64,000 nucleotides of DNA from Flavobacteriales bacterium (GCA_024641785.1 JAHECK010000001.1:82-64081), one strand, 5' to 3'; counted from the first letter of the stretch, positions 20,441-29,723 are shown. Translations and numbers: made by a program. Notes: a model not told the origin generated them from the sequence alone.

Positions 20441-20953
20441 TTACTCTTCGAATTTTTGTGCACGCGCTTCTAATTCGATTACTTCCATATCACTTACTTT
20501 ACCTTCGTGTATATTAAATCGAAGAAAAGTCTTGACATGATGAAAACCTTGTCGACCTAAAGCTCCGGGATTCATAAAAAGCACTTTGCTTCGCTTATCA
20601 TATTCGACCCTAAGTATATGAGAATGACCACATACAACAACTTCAGGCTTATAATGCGCCATTAATTCTCGCATTCGAGTTGAATAAACATAGGGTTTAC
20701 CTCCAATATGAAGCATTAGTATCTTCACTCCTTGAACGATCATCGCTTTATATTCTTTAAACTCTTTTCGGATTTCTTCACCATCAATGTTTCCATATAC
20801 ACCCTTGACCTCTATCTTCTCTTTTAACTTATCGATAATATCAACCGTACCAACATCTCCAGCGTGCCATAACTCGTCTGCACCATCGAGATACTTCCAA
20901 AATGTTTCGGGAATAAATCCATGAGTATCGGAAATAAGTATGATTTTTTTCAT
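20441..20953 (-). CDS. YfcE/MJ0936-type metallophosphoesterase
   Basis: Motifs ISDTHG, AGDVG, GNIDG and CGHSH. ATG at 20953 (MKKIILISDTHG) is preferred over the 24-codon upstream extension. Confidence 0.8.
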   Translation of the reverse strand: MKKIILISDTHGFIPETFWKYLDGADELWHAGDVGTVDIIDKLKEKIEVKGVYGNIDGEEIRKEFKEYKAMIVQGVKILMLHIGGKPYVYSTRMRELMAHYKPEVVVCGHSHILRVEYDKRSKVLFMNPGALGRQGFHHVKTFLRFNIHEGKVSDMEVIELEARAQKFEE

Positions 20954-21030
20954 CGGAAAAAGAGAAGGAAGCAAATAATAATCGTTTGCCAATATCCGAT
21001 TTTTTATTTTTACCACCTTAAACAAAATTC

Positions 21031-21780
21031 TTGAAAAGATATTTTATCAAATTAGCTTACGATGGTTCCGATTATTTTGGATGGCAATCTCAATTAAATG
21101 AGGTGAATATTCAAGATGAAATCACAAAAAGCATCGAATTGATCTGTTCCACAAAGGACCTTAAAGTTTTTGGTTGTGGAAGGACAGATACCGGTGTACA
21201 TGCTTCCAAATTTTATGCTCACTTTGATTTAGATATTCCTATCATCGATGTGAAAAAATGCATCTATAAATTAAATAATTATCTCCCTGATAGTATTTCT
21301 ATTTATGATCTATTCATAGTAGATCAAAATGCTCATGCGCGATTTGATGCTACTCAACGAACTTATCATTATTATCTTCATAAGGAAAAAAATCCTTTTT
21401 TAAATAAGTACTCCCTGCTCTTTTTACGAGATCTGGATTTTGATCTAATGAATGAAGCAGCAGGCTTATTAATTGATTATCGTGATTTTTCAGCCTTTTC
21501 TAAGCTAGGTTCCGATAATAAATCGGTCATTTGCAATGTGACGGAAGCAAAATGGGAAAAAATTGAAAATCAATATCGATTTAGCATCACATCAAATCGT
21601 TTTCTTCGGAATATGGTAAGAGCTATTGTAGGTACTTTATTAGAAGTAGGATTGAAAAAGATAAGTATCTCTGAATTTAAATCGATTCTTGAAAGTGCTT
21701 CACGGCAAAATGCCGGGGCTTCTGCTCCTGCACATGCTTTATTTTTATACGACATTAAATATCCATATATAAGTGATTAG
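21031..21780 (+). CDS. truA: tRNA pseudouridine(38-40) synthase
   Basis: YFIKLAYDGSDYFGWQSQ and the catalytic-Asp motif GCGRTDTGVHA. TTG start, with no in-frame ATG before the conserved N-terminus. Confidence 0.9.
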   Translation: MKRYFIKLAYDGSDYFGWQSQLNEVNIQDEITKSIELICSTKDLKVFGCGRTDTGVHASKFYAHFDLDIPIIDVKKCIYKLNNYLPDSISIYDLFIVDQNAHARFDATQRTYHYYLHKEKNPFLNKYSLLFLRDLDFDLMNEAAGLLIDYRDFSAFSKLGSDNKSVICNVTEAKWEKIENQYRFSITSNRFLRNMVRAIVGTLLEVGLKKISISEFKSILESASRQNAGASAPAHALFLYDIKYPYISD

Positions 21781-23536
21781 CCGCGTTTTTAAATACCTTG
21801 ATCTTCAAATTTTAGATCGGATTTTAAGCTATACAAAGCCTTACAAAAAGCTTTTTTACGCGACCTTGTTCTTTACAATTGTATTAGGTTTTATCGCTCC
21901 CATCCGACCCTATTTGATAAAGATCATGGTCGATGATTTTATTCCCGGAAAAGATGTAAATAAACTTATTGAATATTCCATTATCCTTGTCAGCATCTTA
22001 ATTGGAGAGATCATTCTTCAGTATTTTCAGTACTTTTTGGCAAATCTCCTTGGGCAAAGTATTATCAAAGACCTTAGAGTTCAGCTCTATAAAAAGATCG
22101 TCAATTTTAAACTTTCATTTTTCGATAAAACTCCTTTAGGTACACTTATTACAAGAGTTGTATCTGATATCGAAACAATTTCCGAAGTTTTCTCAGGTGG
22201 TATCATCGATATTTTTGGGGAATTATTAAAGATCTTTGTTATCGTTTCAGCTATGTTTTTCCTTAATTGGAAATTGGCATTGCTATGCTTATCCCCCATA
22301 CCCATCCTCATTTTTGCTACATATTTATTTAAAAATGCGGTAAAAAAAGCTTATCAACAGGTCAGAACCCAGGTAGCTGCCTTAAACACCTATGTTCAGG
22401 AACATTTAGTAGGAATGAGTATTGTTCAGGTATATAATAGAGAGGAAAATGAGATGAAAAAATTCCTTAAGATCAATGCCGAACATCGAAATGCTCATAT
22501 AAAATCCATTTGGGCATATTCTGTGTTTTTTCCGGTTGTCGAAATTTTATCTGCCTTATCTATTTCCCTTCTTATTTGGTATGGTATGGATGGAGTATTA
22601 AAAACAAATCTAACTTTTGGAGATATCCTTTTATATATCTTCTTCATTTTTATGCTCTTCCGCCCTATTCGTCAATTAGCCGATCAGTTTAATGTACTGC
22701 AAATGGGTATGGTTGGTGCCGAAAGGGTCTTTAAAGTGATCGATTTAGACGATGCAAAAATAATTGATAAAGGAACGATCAATTCCGGTGATATTGAAGG
22801 TGAATTGATTTTCAAAGACGTTTACTTTTCATATGTCCCTGATGAACTTGTATTACATGGGATCAGTTTCAAAATTAAAAAAGGACAGAAAATAGCACTT
22901 GTTGGAGCAACGGGATCCGGAAAATCCACCATCGCAAATCTAATTTATCGCTTCTATGAATTCGATAAAGGAGAGATCACACTCGACGGAAAGTCCATTC
23001 GCGATTATTCACTTTCTTTTCTGAGAACCCATATGGCTATGGTTTCACAGGATGTCTTTCTTTTTTCTGATTCAATTTTAAATAATATCACGCTTAGAGA
23101 TCCTTCAATCTCAAGAGAAAAAGTAATTGAAGCAGCCAAACAAGTAGGAGTTCATAATTTTATTATGAAATTACCGGGTAATTACGACTATGATGTAAAA
23201 GAGCGCGGTGGAATGCTTTCAAAAGGTCAGCGACAATTGATCTCCTTTATTCGGGCCTATGTGCACAATCCGGGCTTATTAATTCTTGATGAAGCTACTT
23301 CTTCAATCGATTCTGAAACGGAAATGCTTATTCAGGAAGTGAGCGAAAAACTAACGCAAAATCGAACTTCGATCATTATCGCCCATCGACTTAGTACTAT
23401 CCGTAATTCAGATATGATTATCGTAATGGATAAAGGAAAAGTTTTAGAAAGCGGAACACATGAAGAACTTTTAAAACAAGAAGGACATTACAAATTGTTG
23501 TTTGAAATGCAGTTCAAAAGCCAGACTAATCGCTAG
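21773..23536 (+). CDS. ABC exporter, fused permease/ATPase (MsbA/multidrug type)
   Basis: Six-TM N-terminal half. Walker A GATGSGKST, signature LSKGQRQ, Walker B LLILDEATS. GTG start overlaps the truA stop by 8 nt. Confidence 0.85.
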   Translation: MISRVFKYLDLQILDRILSYTKPYKKLFYATLFFTIVLGFIAPIRPYLIKIMVDDFIPGKDVNKLIEYSIILVSILIGEIILQYFQYFLANLLGQSIIKDLRVQLYKKIVNFKLSFFDKTPLGTLITRVVSDIETISEVFSGGIIDIFGELLKIFVIVSAMFFLNWKLALLCLSPIPILIFATYLFKNAVKKAYQQVRTQVAALNTYVQEHLVGMSIVQVYNREENEMKKFLKINAEHRNAHIKSIWAYSVFFPVVEILSALSISLLIWYGMDGVLKTNLTFGDILLYIFFIFMLFRPIRQLADQFNVLQMGMVGAERVFKVIDLDDAKIIDKGTINSGDIEGELIFKDVYFSYVPDELVLHGISFKIKKGQKIALVGATGSGKSTIANLIYRFYEFDKGEITLDGKSIRDYSLSFLRTHMAMVSQDVFLFSDSILNNITLRDPSISREKVIEAAKQVGVHNFIMKLPGNYDYDVKERGGMLSKGQRQLISFIRAYVHNPGLLILDEATSSIDSETEMLIQEVSEKLTQNRTSIIIAHRLSTIRNSDMIIVMDKGKVLESGTHEELLKQEGHYKLLFEMQFKSQTNR

Positions 23537-23725
23537 ATAAATTCCTAAATCCAAAACCTTTCTGCCTTAGTAGAATGAAGGTGGACAAATTCAAAGTTTC
23601 AAAAGCATAAAAGGCGATCAGATTTTGAGTTTTGGATTTGTTTTGAGTATAGAAATTTGGGCTTTGTACTTAATTCTGTATGATCAAAAACATGAGATGC
23701 CGATTAAAAAAGAGGCTACTAAGAA

Positions 23726-24493
23726 CTAGCTACTAAATTCTATTTCTAGTCCGTCATATGCTATTTCAACATTCGATGGAAGCTCCTTGCTTACCTCATC
23801 ATGCAATCCCATTAAATGACTAATATGAGTTAAATATGCTTTTTTAGGATTGATCTCTTTTATAATCTCAAGTGCCTGAGCTAAACTAAAATGAGAGATA
23901 TGTTCACTTTTTCTAAGCGCATTCAAGATCAAGATCTCACTTCCTCTCATCTTGTCCATTTCTGATGGACTGATTTCCTTTGCATCGGTTATATAACTCA
24001 AAGAACCGATCCGATAACCTTTAACCGGCATGATATAATGGCTTACATTTATTGGCGTCAGGTGGATATCTCCAATTGAAAAATCCTCATCACCAATGAG
24101 ATGCAATTTAACCCTGGGCACACCAGGATATTTATTCTCATCAAAAACATAAGGAAATTCTCTGTGCAATGCTACCTGAACCTGCTCACTTGCAAATACA
24201 TCCATATCTTTTTTCTGAATATAATTATAAGCTCTGATATCATCCAATCCAGCAACATGATCTTTATGCTCATGCGTAAATACAACTCCGTCTAATTTTA
24301 CAATTTTGTTGTTTAACATTTGCATTCTAAAATCAGGGCCGGTATCAATAACAATACTGGTCTTCTCAGATTTCACGAAAAATGAAGTCCTGAAGCGAAA
24401 ATCTTTGCTATTCTTCGATTTACACACTTCACAATTACAAGCAATAACTGGAATTCCTTGTGACGTACCTGTACCTATAAATATTCCTTTCAT
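23726..24493 (-). CDS. MBL-fold metallo-hydrolase (PhnP/GPMB-like)
   Basis: N-terminal CxxC (ACNCEVCKS) plus HxHxDH motif THEHKDHVAG. Confidence 0.75.
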   Translation of the reverse strand: MKGIFIGTGTSQGIPVIACNCEVCKSKNSKDFRFRTSFFVKSEKTSIVIDTGPDFRMQMLNNKIVKLDGVVFTHEHKDHVAGLDDIRAYNYIQKKDMDVFASEQVQVALHREFPYVFDENKYPGVPRVKLHLIGDEDFSIGDIHLTPINVSHYIMPVKGYRIGSLSYITDAKEISPSEMDKMRGSEILILNALRKSEHISHFSLAQALEIIKEINPKKAYLTHISHLMGLHDEVSKELPSNVEIAYDGLEIEFSS

Positions 24494-24501
24494 GATATTT
24501 A

Positions 24502-24509
24502 CAAAGTTA
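24502..24509 (-). promoter_or_regulatory. possible -7 promoter box TAACTTTG (minus strand)
   Basis: Plus strand reads CAAAGTTA. Only 8 nt separate it from the start codon at 24493, so the leader would be very short. Confidence 0.3.
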
Positions 24510-24580
24510 AGGATTGAAATTAATCAAAAAGATGATTCTCAAAATCTTTTAAACGAAGTGGTAATCTAACAAGATAAACG

Positions 24581-24588
24581 TATTTTTG
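24581..24588 (+). promoter_or_regulatory. Bacteroidota -7 promoter box TATTTTTG
   Basis: Exact TAnnTTTG, 32 nt upstream of the TTG start at 24621. Confidence 0.45.
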
Positions 24589-24620
24589 CAGTGGCATTTG
24601 AATCATTAATTTTTTGATAA

Positions 24621-26042
24621 TTGGAAAGGGTAATACTTACATCAAAACAAAAAGCTTTAAGAGTAAATTTAGATAGTAATATCTATGGAACTTTCGCGGA
24701 GATTGGAGCAGGACAGGAAGTTGTCAGGCATTTTTTTAGAGCAGGCGGGGCTTCAGGAACCATCGCAAAAACCATGTCGGCCTACGATAAGGACGTAAGC
24801 GATGCCATTTATGGAAAAGAAAAAGATGGTCGATATGTAAGTGAATCTCGACTTCGTAAAATGACAGAGATCGAGTATAATCTCAATGAACAAAGACTAA
24901 GTAGAGATAAATATCCCGACAGAAGATTCTTTTCATTTGCAGATACCATAGCAACCATTAATTTTTCAAAAACCTTTCAAGGTCACGGATGGATGGGTAT
25001 TCGATTCCAATCGGCAACGGATAAACGTCCAAATGATATTGTGATCCATATTCGACTGCATGATCAAGATGCTGTTCTGCAGCAAGAAACGATTGGACTT
25101 GTTGGTGTTAATTTAATTTATGGAAGCTTTTTCTATTATAATAATCCAAGAGAATTATTAAAATCGCTTTACGATAATCTTTCCAGAGATCGATTGGAAA
25201 TTGATATGATTCAATTTGCAGGACCCGATTATGAAGAATTGGACAATCGATTAATGAGTCTTCAACTAGTAAAATATGGCATGACAGACGCCGTAATCTT
25301 TAGTCCTGACGGAAGGAATTTACAAGCTGCTGAAGTGCTTTATAAAAAGAATATTCTAGCTATTCGTGGAAGTTTTCGCCCGGTAACAAAGGTGAATATC
25401 GATATGATCAAAAATGGTTATGATTGCTTTATTGCTGAAAACAGAGTGGATGAAGATAAAGTAAAAGTACTTTTCGAGATCACTCTAAGTAATCTTAAAT
25501 CAGAAGGTGAGATCGATGAACGTGATTTTATTGACAGAGCTGATATTCTATGCTCATTGGGACAAACGGTTTTAATTTCTAATTACCAGGAATACTATAA
25601 ACTCATCAACTATTTTTCGCAGCATACGAAAAAACGAATGGGCTTAATTATGGGAGTAAATGCTTTATTAGAAGTGTTTAACGAAAAATACTATCGAAAT
25701 CTTAATGGAGGCGTTTTAGAAGCTTTTGGAATTTTATTCTCAAGAGATCTAAAAATTTACCTCTACCCTGCAGAAGAAGATGGAATTTTCTATAATAGCA
25801 CGAATACACCTATCCATCCTCGATTAAGACCCATTTACGATTACCTCATCTTCAATAAGCGAATAGTTGATCTTCCTGATTTCAAACCCAGTGCACTTAA
25901 AATACATTCCAGAGATGTTTTAAACATGATCAAGCATGGAGAAGAAGGTTGGGAAGATATGGTTCCTACCTATGTAGATGTCATCATTAAGGAACATGGA
26001 TTGTTTGGTTTTAAAAGCAGGGTAAATGAAAGCATTGAATAA
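24621..26042 (+). CDS. conserved protein of unknown function
   Basis: 473-aa ORF with even, non-repetitive composition. The N-terminal block GTFAEIGAGQEVVRHFFRAGGASGT looks like a conserved family signature, but I cannot name the family. TTG start inferred. Confidence 0.6.
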   Translation: MERVILTSKQKALRVNLDSNIYGTFAEIGAGQEVVRHFFRAGGASGTIAKTMSAYDKDVSDAIYGKEKDGRYVSESRLRKMTEIEYNLNEQRLSRDKYPDRRFFSFADTIATINFSKTFQGHGWMGIRFQSATDKRPNDIVIHIRLHDQDAVLQQETIGLVGVNLIYGSFFYYNNPRELLKSLYDNLSRDRLEIDMIQFAGPDYEELDNRLMSLQLVKYGMTDAVIFSPDGRNLQAAEVLYKKNILAIRGSFRPVTKVNIDMIKNGYDCFIAENRVDEDKVKVLFEITLSNLKSEGEIDERDFIDRADILCSLGQTVLISNYQEYYKLINYFSQHTKKRMGLIMGVNALLEVFNEKYYRNLNGGVLEAFGILFSRDLKIYLYPAEEDGIFYNSTNTPIHPRLRPIYDYLIFNKRIVDLPDFKPSALKIHSRDVLNMIKHGEEGWEDMVPTYVDVIIKEHGLFGFKSRVNESIE

Positions 26043-26108
26043 TCAATGATTTTATCTTTGGCTTTATCACTCCCCATCCCATAATCGGGCGCTTATCACA
26101 AAGACTTT

Positions 26109-26116
26109 TATATTTG
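26109..26116 (+). promoter_or_regulatory. Bacteroidota -7 promoter box TATATTTG
   Basis: Exact TAnnTTTG, 50 nt upstream of the ATG at 26167. Confidence 0.4.
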
Positions 26117-26166
26117 GACTGAATCATTTTATTTTTACCTCAATAATTTAAGTCATATAGCGAAAA

Positions 26167-27276
26167 ATGAAAAGTGCTTTTAAAAAATTACCTTTTCCAT
26201 TTAAGTATGTTCTCTTTATTGCGATTGGTCTAATTATCATATTCGTCGCTAAAGATTACATTAAATTTATTATGTGGAAAAAGTACAGTTACTTCAATTG
26301 GAATGAAGCGATTGCAATCCCCTTTGTAAATTATATTCTCTGGGCTTTCTTCTCCCCTTTGGTCTATAATTTAATGCTCCTCTTTCCTATTAAAAAAGGC
26401 CTATCCTCAAAGACTGGCTTTTACCATTTAACATTTAGCATTATACTGGCCTTTATCCATGAAATCGTATCTAATCTGATGTATATCACCATCATGTTAT
26501 TTACTTATCCCATTGAAAATATTCAAAATTTCATTCTTCTTAGACTAAACACTATTCCCGCAGCAGTGGCAGATAGAATGATCGAATACTGGATCATTCT
26601 GGGCGCTTTTATGGCCTATTATTATTTCGAACAATATAAAGACCGTGAAGTTGAATTAGTTGTGATGGAAAGTGAATTGAATAATGCACAATTAAAAGCT
26701 TTAAAAAATCAATTACAACCTCATTTTCTATTTAATGCTCTCAATACAGTATCTGCATTAATGGATTCCAATGTTAAAGATGCACAAAAAGTACTGGCCA
26801 AATTAGCTAGTTTATTAAGGTCAATGCTCGATCACGACCAGAAGAATTTTATCCCCTTACAAGATGAACTCGAGTATTTAAAAAATTATCTGTTTATTGA
26901 ACAAACCCGTTTTATGGATCGACTAAGCGTTATTTATGATATCCAGCCTGAATCTTTAAAAGCCATTGTTCCCAATTTAATTTTACAGCCATTAGTAGAA
27001 AATGCAATTAAGCATGGATTTTCAAACTCAATTGAAAAAGGTAGCATTTTAATCAAAAGCAATTTGCGAAATAATGATCTCCATTTATTTATCGAAGATG
27101 ATGGCGCAGGTTGTGATAATTGTGATTCACTTTTAGAAAATGCTGGAATCGGTTTAACAAATACTTACCAGCGATTAAAACAGATCTATAAAAATAATTT
27201 TACTTTTAAGATCGATTCTGCTAAAGGAAAAGGTTTTAAAATTCATATTATAATTCCATTAAGTTATGCCGCTTAA
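26167..27276 (+). CDS. LytS-type sensor histidine kinase
   Basis: Multi-TM N-terminal half. His_kinase motif LQPHFLFNALNTVSALM. HATPase_c motifs (LVENAIKHG, EDDGAG, GIGLTN). Confidence 0.85.
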   Translation: MKSAFKKLPFPFKYVLFIAIGLIIIFVAKDYIKFIMWKKYSYFNWNEAIAIPFVNYILWAFFSPLVYNLMLLFPIKKGLSSKTGFYHLTFSIILAFIHEIVSNLMYITIMLFTYPIENIQNFILLRLNTIPAAVADRMIEYWIILGAFMAYYYFEQYKDREVELVVMESELNNAQLKALKNQLQPHFLFNALNTVSALMDSNVKDAQKVLAKLASLLRSMLDHDQKNFIPLQDELEYLKNYLFIEQTRFMDRLSVIYDIQPESLKAIVPNLILQPLVENAIKHGFSNSIEKGSILIKSNLRNNDLHLFIEDDGAGCDNCDSLLENAGIGLTNTYQRLKQIYKNNFTFKIDSAKGKGFKIHIIIPLSYAA

Positions 27277-28060
27277 TAATAGTTTGCAAATACGAACTCT
27301 TGTTGTTGATGATGAGCCTTTAGCACGACAACGCGTGATATCGCTTTTAAAAAACTATTCAGAAATTCAAGTTATTGGAGAAAGCAGAAATGGTGAAGAA
27401 GCAGTTGCCGATATACAAAGCAAAAAACCGGATCTTATTTTTTTAGATATCGAAATGCCCGGAATGGATGGATTCGGAGTAATTTCTAATATTGATCTAA
27501 ACTATAAACCTTTTATCATTTTTGCTACTGCTTATAATCAATACGCCTTAAAAGCTTTTAATATTCATGCTATCGATTATCTGCTAAAACCTTTCGATGA
27601 CGAACGATTCGACGAAGCTCTAGAGATCGCAAAAAACCAAATAAAACTTCGCCACTCCTCTCAATTTAATGAGAAATTGATCAAACTGATAAATGATTAT
27701 AATACCGAACCTGAAAAATATGTTCGCCAATTTAAAATAAAGCTGCGTGGTAGAGAGAAATTCATTCCTACTGAGTCTATTTATTACATTGAAGCTGAAG
27801 GTAATTATTTGATGCTTCATCATGAAAACGGGCGAGATCTTTTTCGCTCAACAATGGCTTCTATTGAAAAAGAATTAAATCCAAATCAATTTCTTCGTAT
27901 TCATCGATCTTTTTTTGTCAATACTATTTATACAAAGGATATTCGTTACATCTCTAATAATGAATATAAAGTGACTTTAAAAGATGGTAAAGAAATCGTA
28001 TCCGGACGTTCATATAAAGATTTGATCAAATCCTATTTGAGCTTATCCGAAAACGAATAA
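27266..28060 (+). CDS. LytTR-family response regulator
   Basis: REC domain (LVVDDEPLAR ... FLDIEMPGMDG) plus C-terminal LytTR domain (IYYIEAEGNYLMLH ... FLRIHRSFFVN). Overlaps the kinase gene by 11 nt. Confidence 0.9.
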   Translation: MPLNNSLQIRTLVVDDEPLARQRVISLLKNYSEIQVIGESRNGEEAVADIQSKKPDLIFLDIEMPGMDGFGVISNIDLNYKPFIIFATAYNQYALKAFNIHAIDYLLKPFDDERFDEALEIAKNQIKLRHSSQFNEKLIKLINDYNTEPEKYVRQFKIKLRGREKFIPTESIYYIEAEGNYLMLHHENGRDLFRSTMASIEKELNPNQFLRIHRSFFVNTIYTKDIRYISNNEYKVTLKDGKEIVSGRSYKDLIKSYLSLSENE

Positions 28061-28142
28061 TAAATGAATAAGGCTATCTGGTCTATAGATTAGTTAAAGA
28101 ATTCCCCAAAAATAAGTTTTCCCATTCCTTTCAGCCCTCTTA

Positions 28143-28170
28143 AAACGTTTTAATTTTTGATTAAACGTTT
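28143..28170 (+). promoter_or_regulatory. candidate LytTR operator: two AAACGTTT cores 20 bp apart
   Basis: AAACGTTT occurs at 28143..28150 and 28163..28170. The site lies between the LytTR gene stop (28060) and the -7 box at 28227. Confidence 0.3.
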
Positions 28171-28226
28171 GATGTTTATTTCTAACTGCACGAAACCTAT
28201 CTCATTGATATAGTGCTGCATAGACA

Positions 28227-28234
28227 TACATTTG
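28227..28234 (+). promoter_or_regulatory. Bacteroidota -7 promoter box TACATTTG
   Basis: Exact TAnnTTTG, 29 nt upstream of the ATG at 28264. Confidence 0.45.
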
Positions 28235-28263
28235 TGTATAAATAAACTCTAAAACAAAACAAA

Positions 28264-28995
28264 ATGAAAGCACAAAAATCTAAAAATCTGAAGATTACAA
28301 TAGCACTCCTTGCTACAATTATGCTAAGCATGAATTTCGCTTTTGCCATCGAAAAAGAAGAAGATAGTAAAAATCTGATCTCTAATAATTTGGCTAATGG
28401 AAATGTTACAGTATCATACGCAAGTATTCTTGATGAAGCAAAAACAGAAACAGGACAGACAGGATCTTATGACCTGGCTCATTTCGAATTTTCTAAAAAC
28501 ATGAAACTTAATGGAAAACATCTAAATGAGGGGGAATATGAAGTCCGGCTTATTGACTACCACGCAGGTTTAGCCTTGAATTTTCATTCTCTAAGTGACA
28601 AAAGCTCAGATGATATTCAAGTTATGCTCGATAAATCCACAGGCACTAATAGTGAACTATTCAGTTATACTATGATCCCGATCGATTACAACAAATTACT
28701 GGGTGAAATAAACTGGAAAGGCTCTCATTATTCCTTTAGCATGGAAATTGCCCTTAGCAATATTATATTTTCCTACTTGGAAAGGGAAGAACTTGAAAAC
28801 GACGCTGATTGGTTAGATTATTATCAAGCTGCGATCTATTCATACAAATACCAGATTGATCTGGAAGATTCTTATAAATGGGCAAAAAAGGCTTTGAAAT
28901 TGAATGAAAATGAATACACAATGAGCTTAAATAAAATGTATTTAGAAATACTTAACGATAATGCGCAACAATTATCATCACTACAAAACGAATAA
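28264..28995 (+). CDS. secreted hypothetical protein (possibly DUF2911-like)
   Basis: Signal peptide (ITIALLATIMLSMNFAFA). A beta-rich middle is followed by a helical C-terminal third. The DUF2911 resemblance is weak and from memory only. Confidence 0.5.
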   Translation: MKAQKSKNLKITIALLATIMLSMNFAFAIEKEEDSKNLISNNLANGNVTVSYASILDEAKTETGQTGSYDLAHFEFSKNMKLNGKHLNEGEYEVRLIDYHAGLALNFHSLSDKSSDDIQVMLDKSTGTNSELFSYTMIPIDYNKLLGEINWKGSHYSFSMEIALSNIIFSYLEREELENDADWLDYYQAAIYSYKYQIDLEDSYKWAKKALKLNENEYTMSLNKMYLEILNDNAQQLSSLQNE

Positions 28996-29025
28996 GATGC
29001 ACAGCTTACTGTAGGTAGTGTAAAA

Positions 29026-29049
29026 AGAGGCTTTAATGCCTCTTTTTTT
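29026..29049 (+). terminator. Rho-independent terminator
   Basis: AGAGGC-tttaat-GCCTCT followed by T6, 30 nt after the stop at 28995. Confidence 0.75.
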
Positions 29050-29291
29050 ATGATTTTTAATTTTCAAATTAGCTGAATTCCAATTCACTAAAGCCTTAAG
29101 AATACCCCATTTTAAAAAAATTTGAATTATTTCATTTCCACTCATCCCTATTTTAACATTCCTTAAATACCAAAAAAGGCTACTTTTTTAATTACTAGGC
29201 CTTTAATCACATTTCAAGGATCAATATTCTAATAAAATATAATTTTATCATACTAAAACGCAACAACCTTAATTAATCTAAATCAAATATC

Positions 29292-29642
29292 ATGAAAAAA
29301 TTCTTCACCATTTTAAGTCTCAGTTTATTCCTTGTCTGCTTATGCACATCAGAAGGTCAAGCACAAAATAAAATTAATGCCAGTAAATTAGATAAGAAAA
29401 TTAATAGCTATATGTCTTTTCCATTATTATCTCAAGAAGATATGATAGGGGAAGTTTCCGTAAGTTTTACAGTTAATCCAAAAGGGAAAATTGATGTACT
29501 TAGGATCGACTCTTCAAACCCGCACTTAATTCCTTATGTAATGAAAAGGCTTAATCTGATCGTTCTACCTAAAGATGACAGAATGATCGGAAGCATTCAA
29601 AACTATCTTATAAACTTTAAGAATGAGGAAAATAGGATATAA
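29292..29642 (+). CDS. small secreted protein, possibly TonB-C-like fold
   Basis: Signal peptide MKKFFTILSLSLFLVCLC. The segment GEVSVSFTVNPKGKIDVLRI resembles TonB C-terminal-type strands. Weak assignment. Confidence 0.5.
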   Translation: MKKFFTILSLSLFLVCLCTSEGQAQNKINASKLDKKINSYMSFPLLSQEDMIGEVSVSFTVNPKGKIDVLRIDSSNPHLIPYVMKRLNLIVLPKDDRMIGSIQNYLINFKNEENRI

Positions 29643-29647
29643 AAAAA

Positions 29648-29723
29648 CTTAGCATCGCTAAAACGTATTTCAAATATCATTGCGCAACAACAAATATCTT
29701 ACGTGTTTATTAGCGATGCTAAG
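29648..29723. repeat. 14-bp perfect inverted repeat with 48-nt spacer
   Basis: CTTAGCATCGCTAA (29648..29661) pairs with TTAGCGATGCTAAG (29710..29723). Flanked by A7 on the plus strand, which is T7 after the hairpin on the minus strand. Confidence 0.6.

Noticed and set aside
20954-21025. N-terminal extensions in the ORF track: this one, plus 9317..9349, 14293..14331, 7083..7106, 7204..7212 and 105..107.
   Set aside because: In each case the extension starts at a non-ATG codon and either overlaps the neighbouring gene or precedes an ATG. That ATG yields a canonical signal peptide or the conserved family N-terminus.
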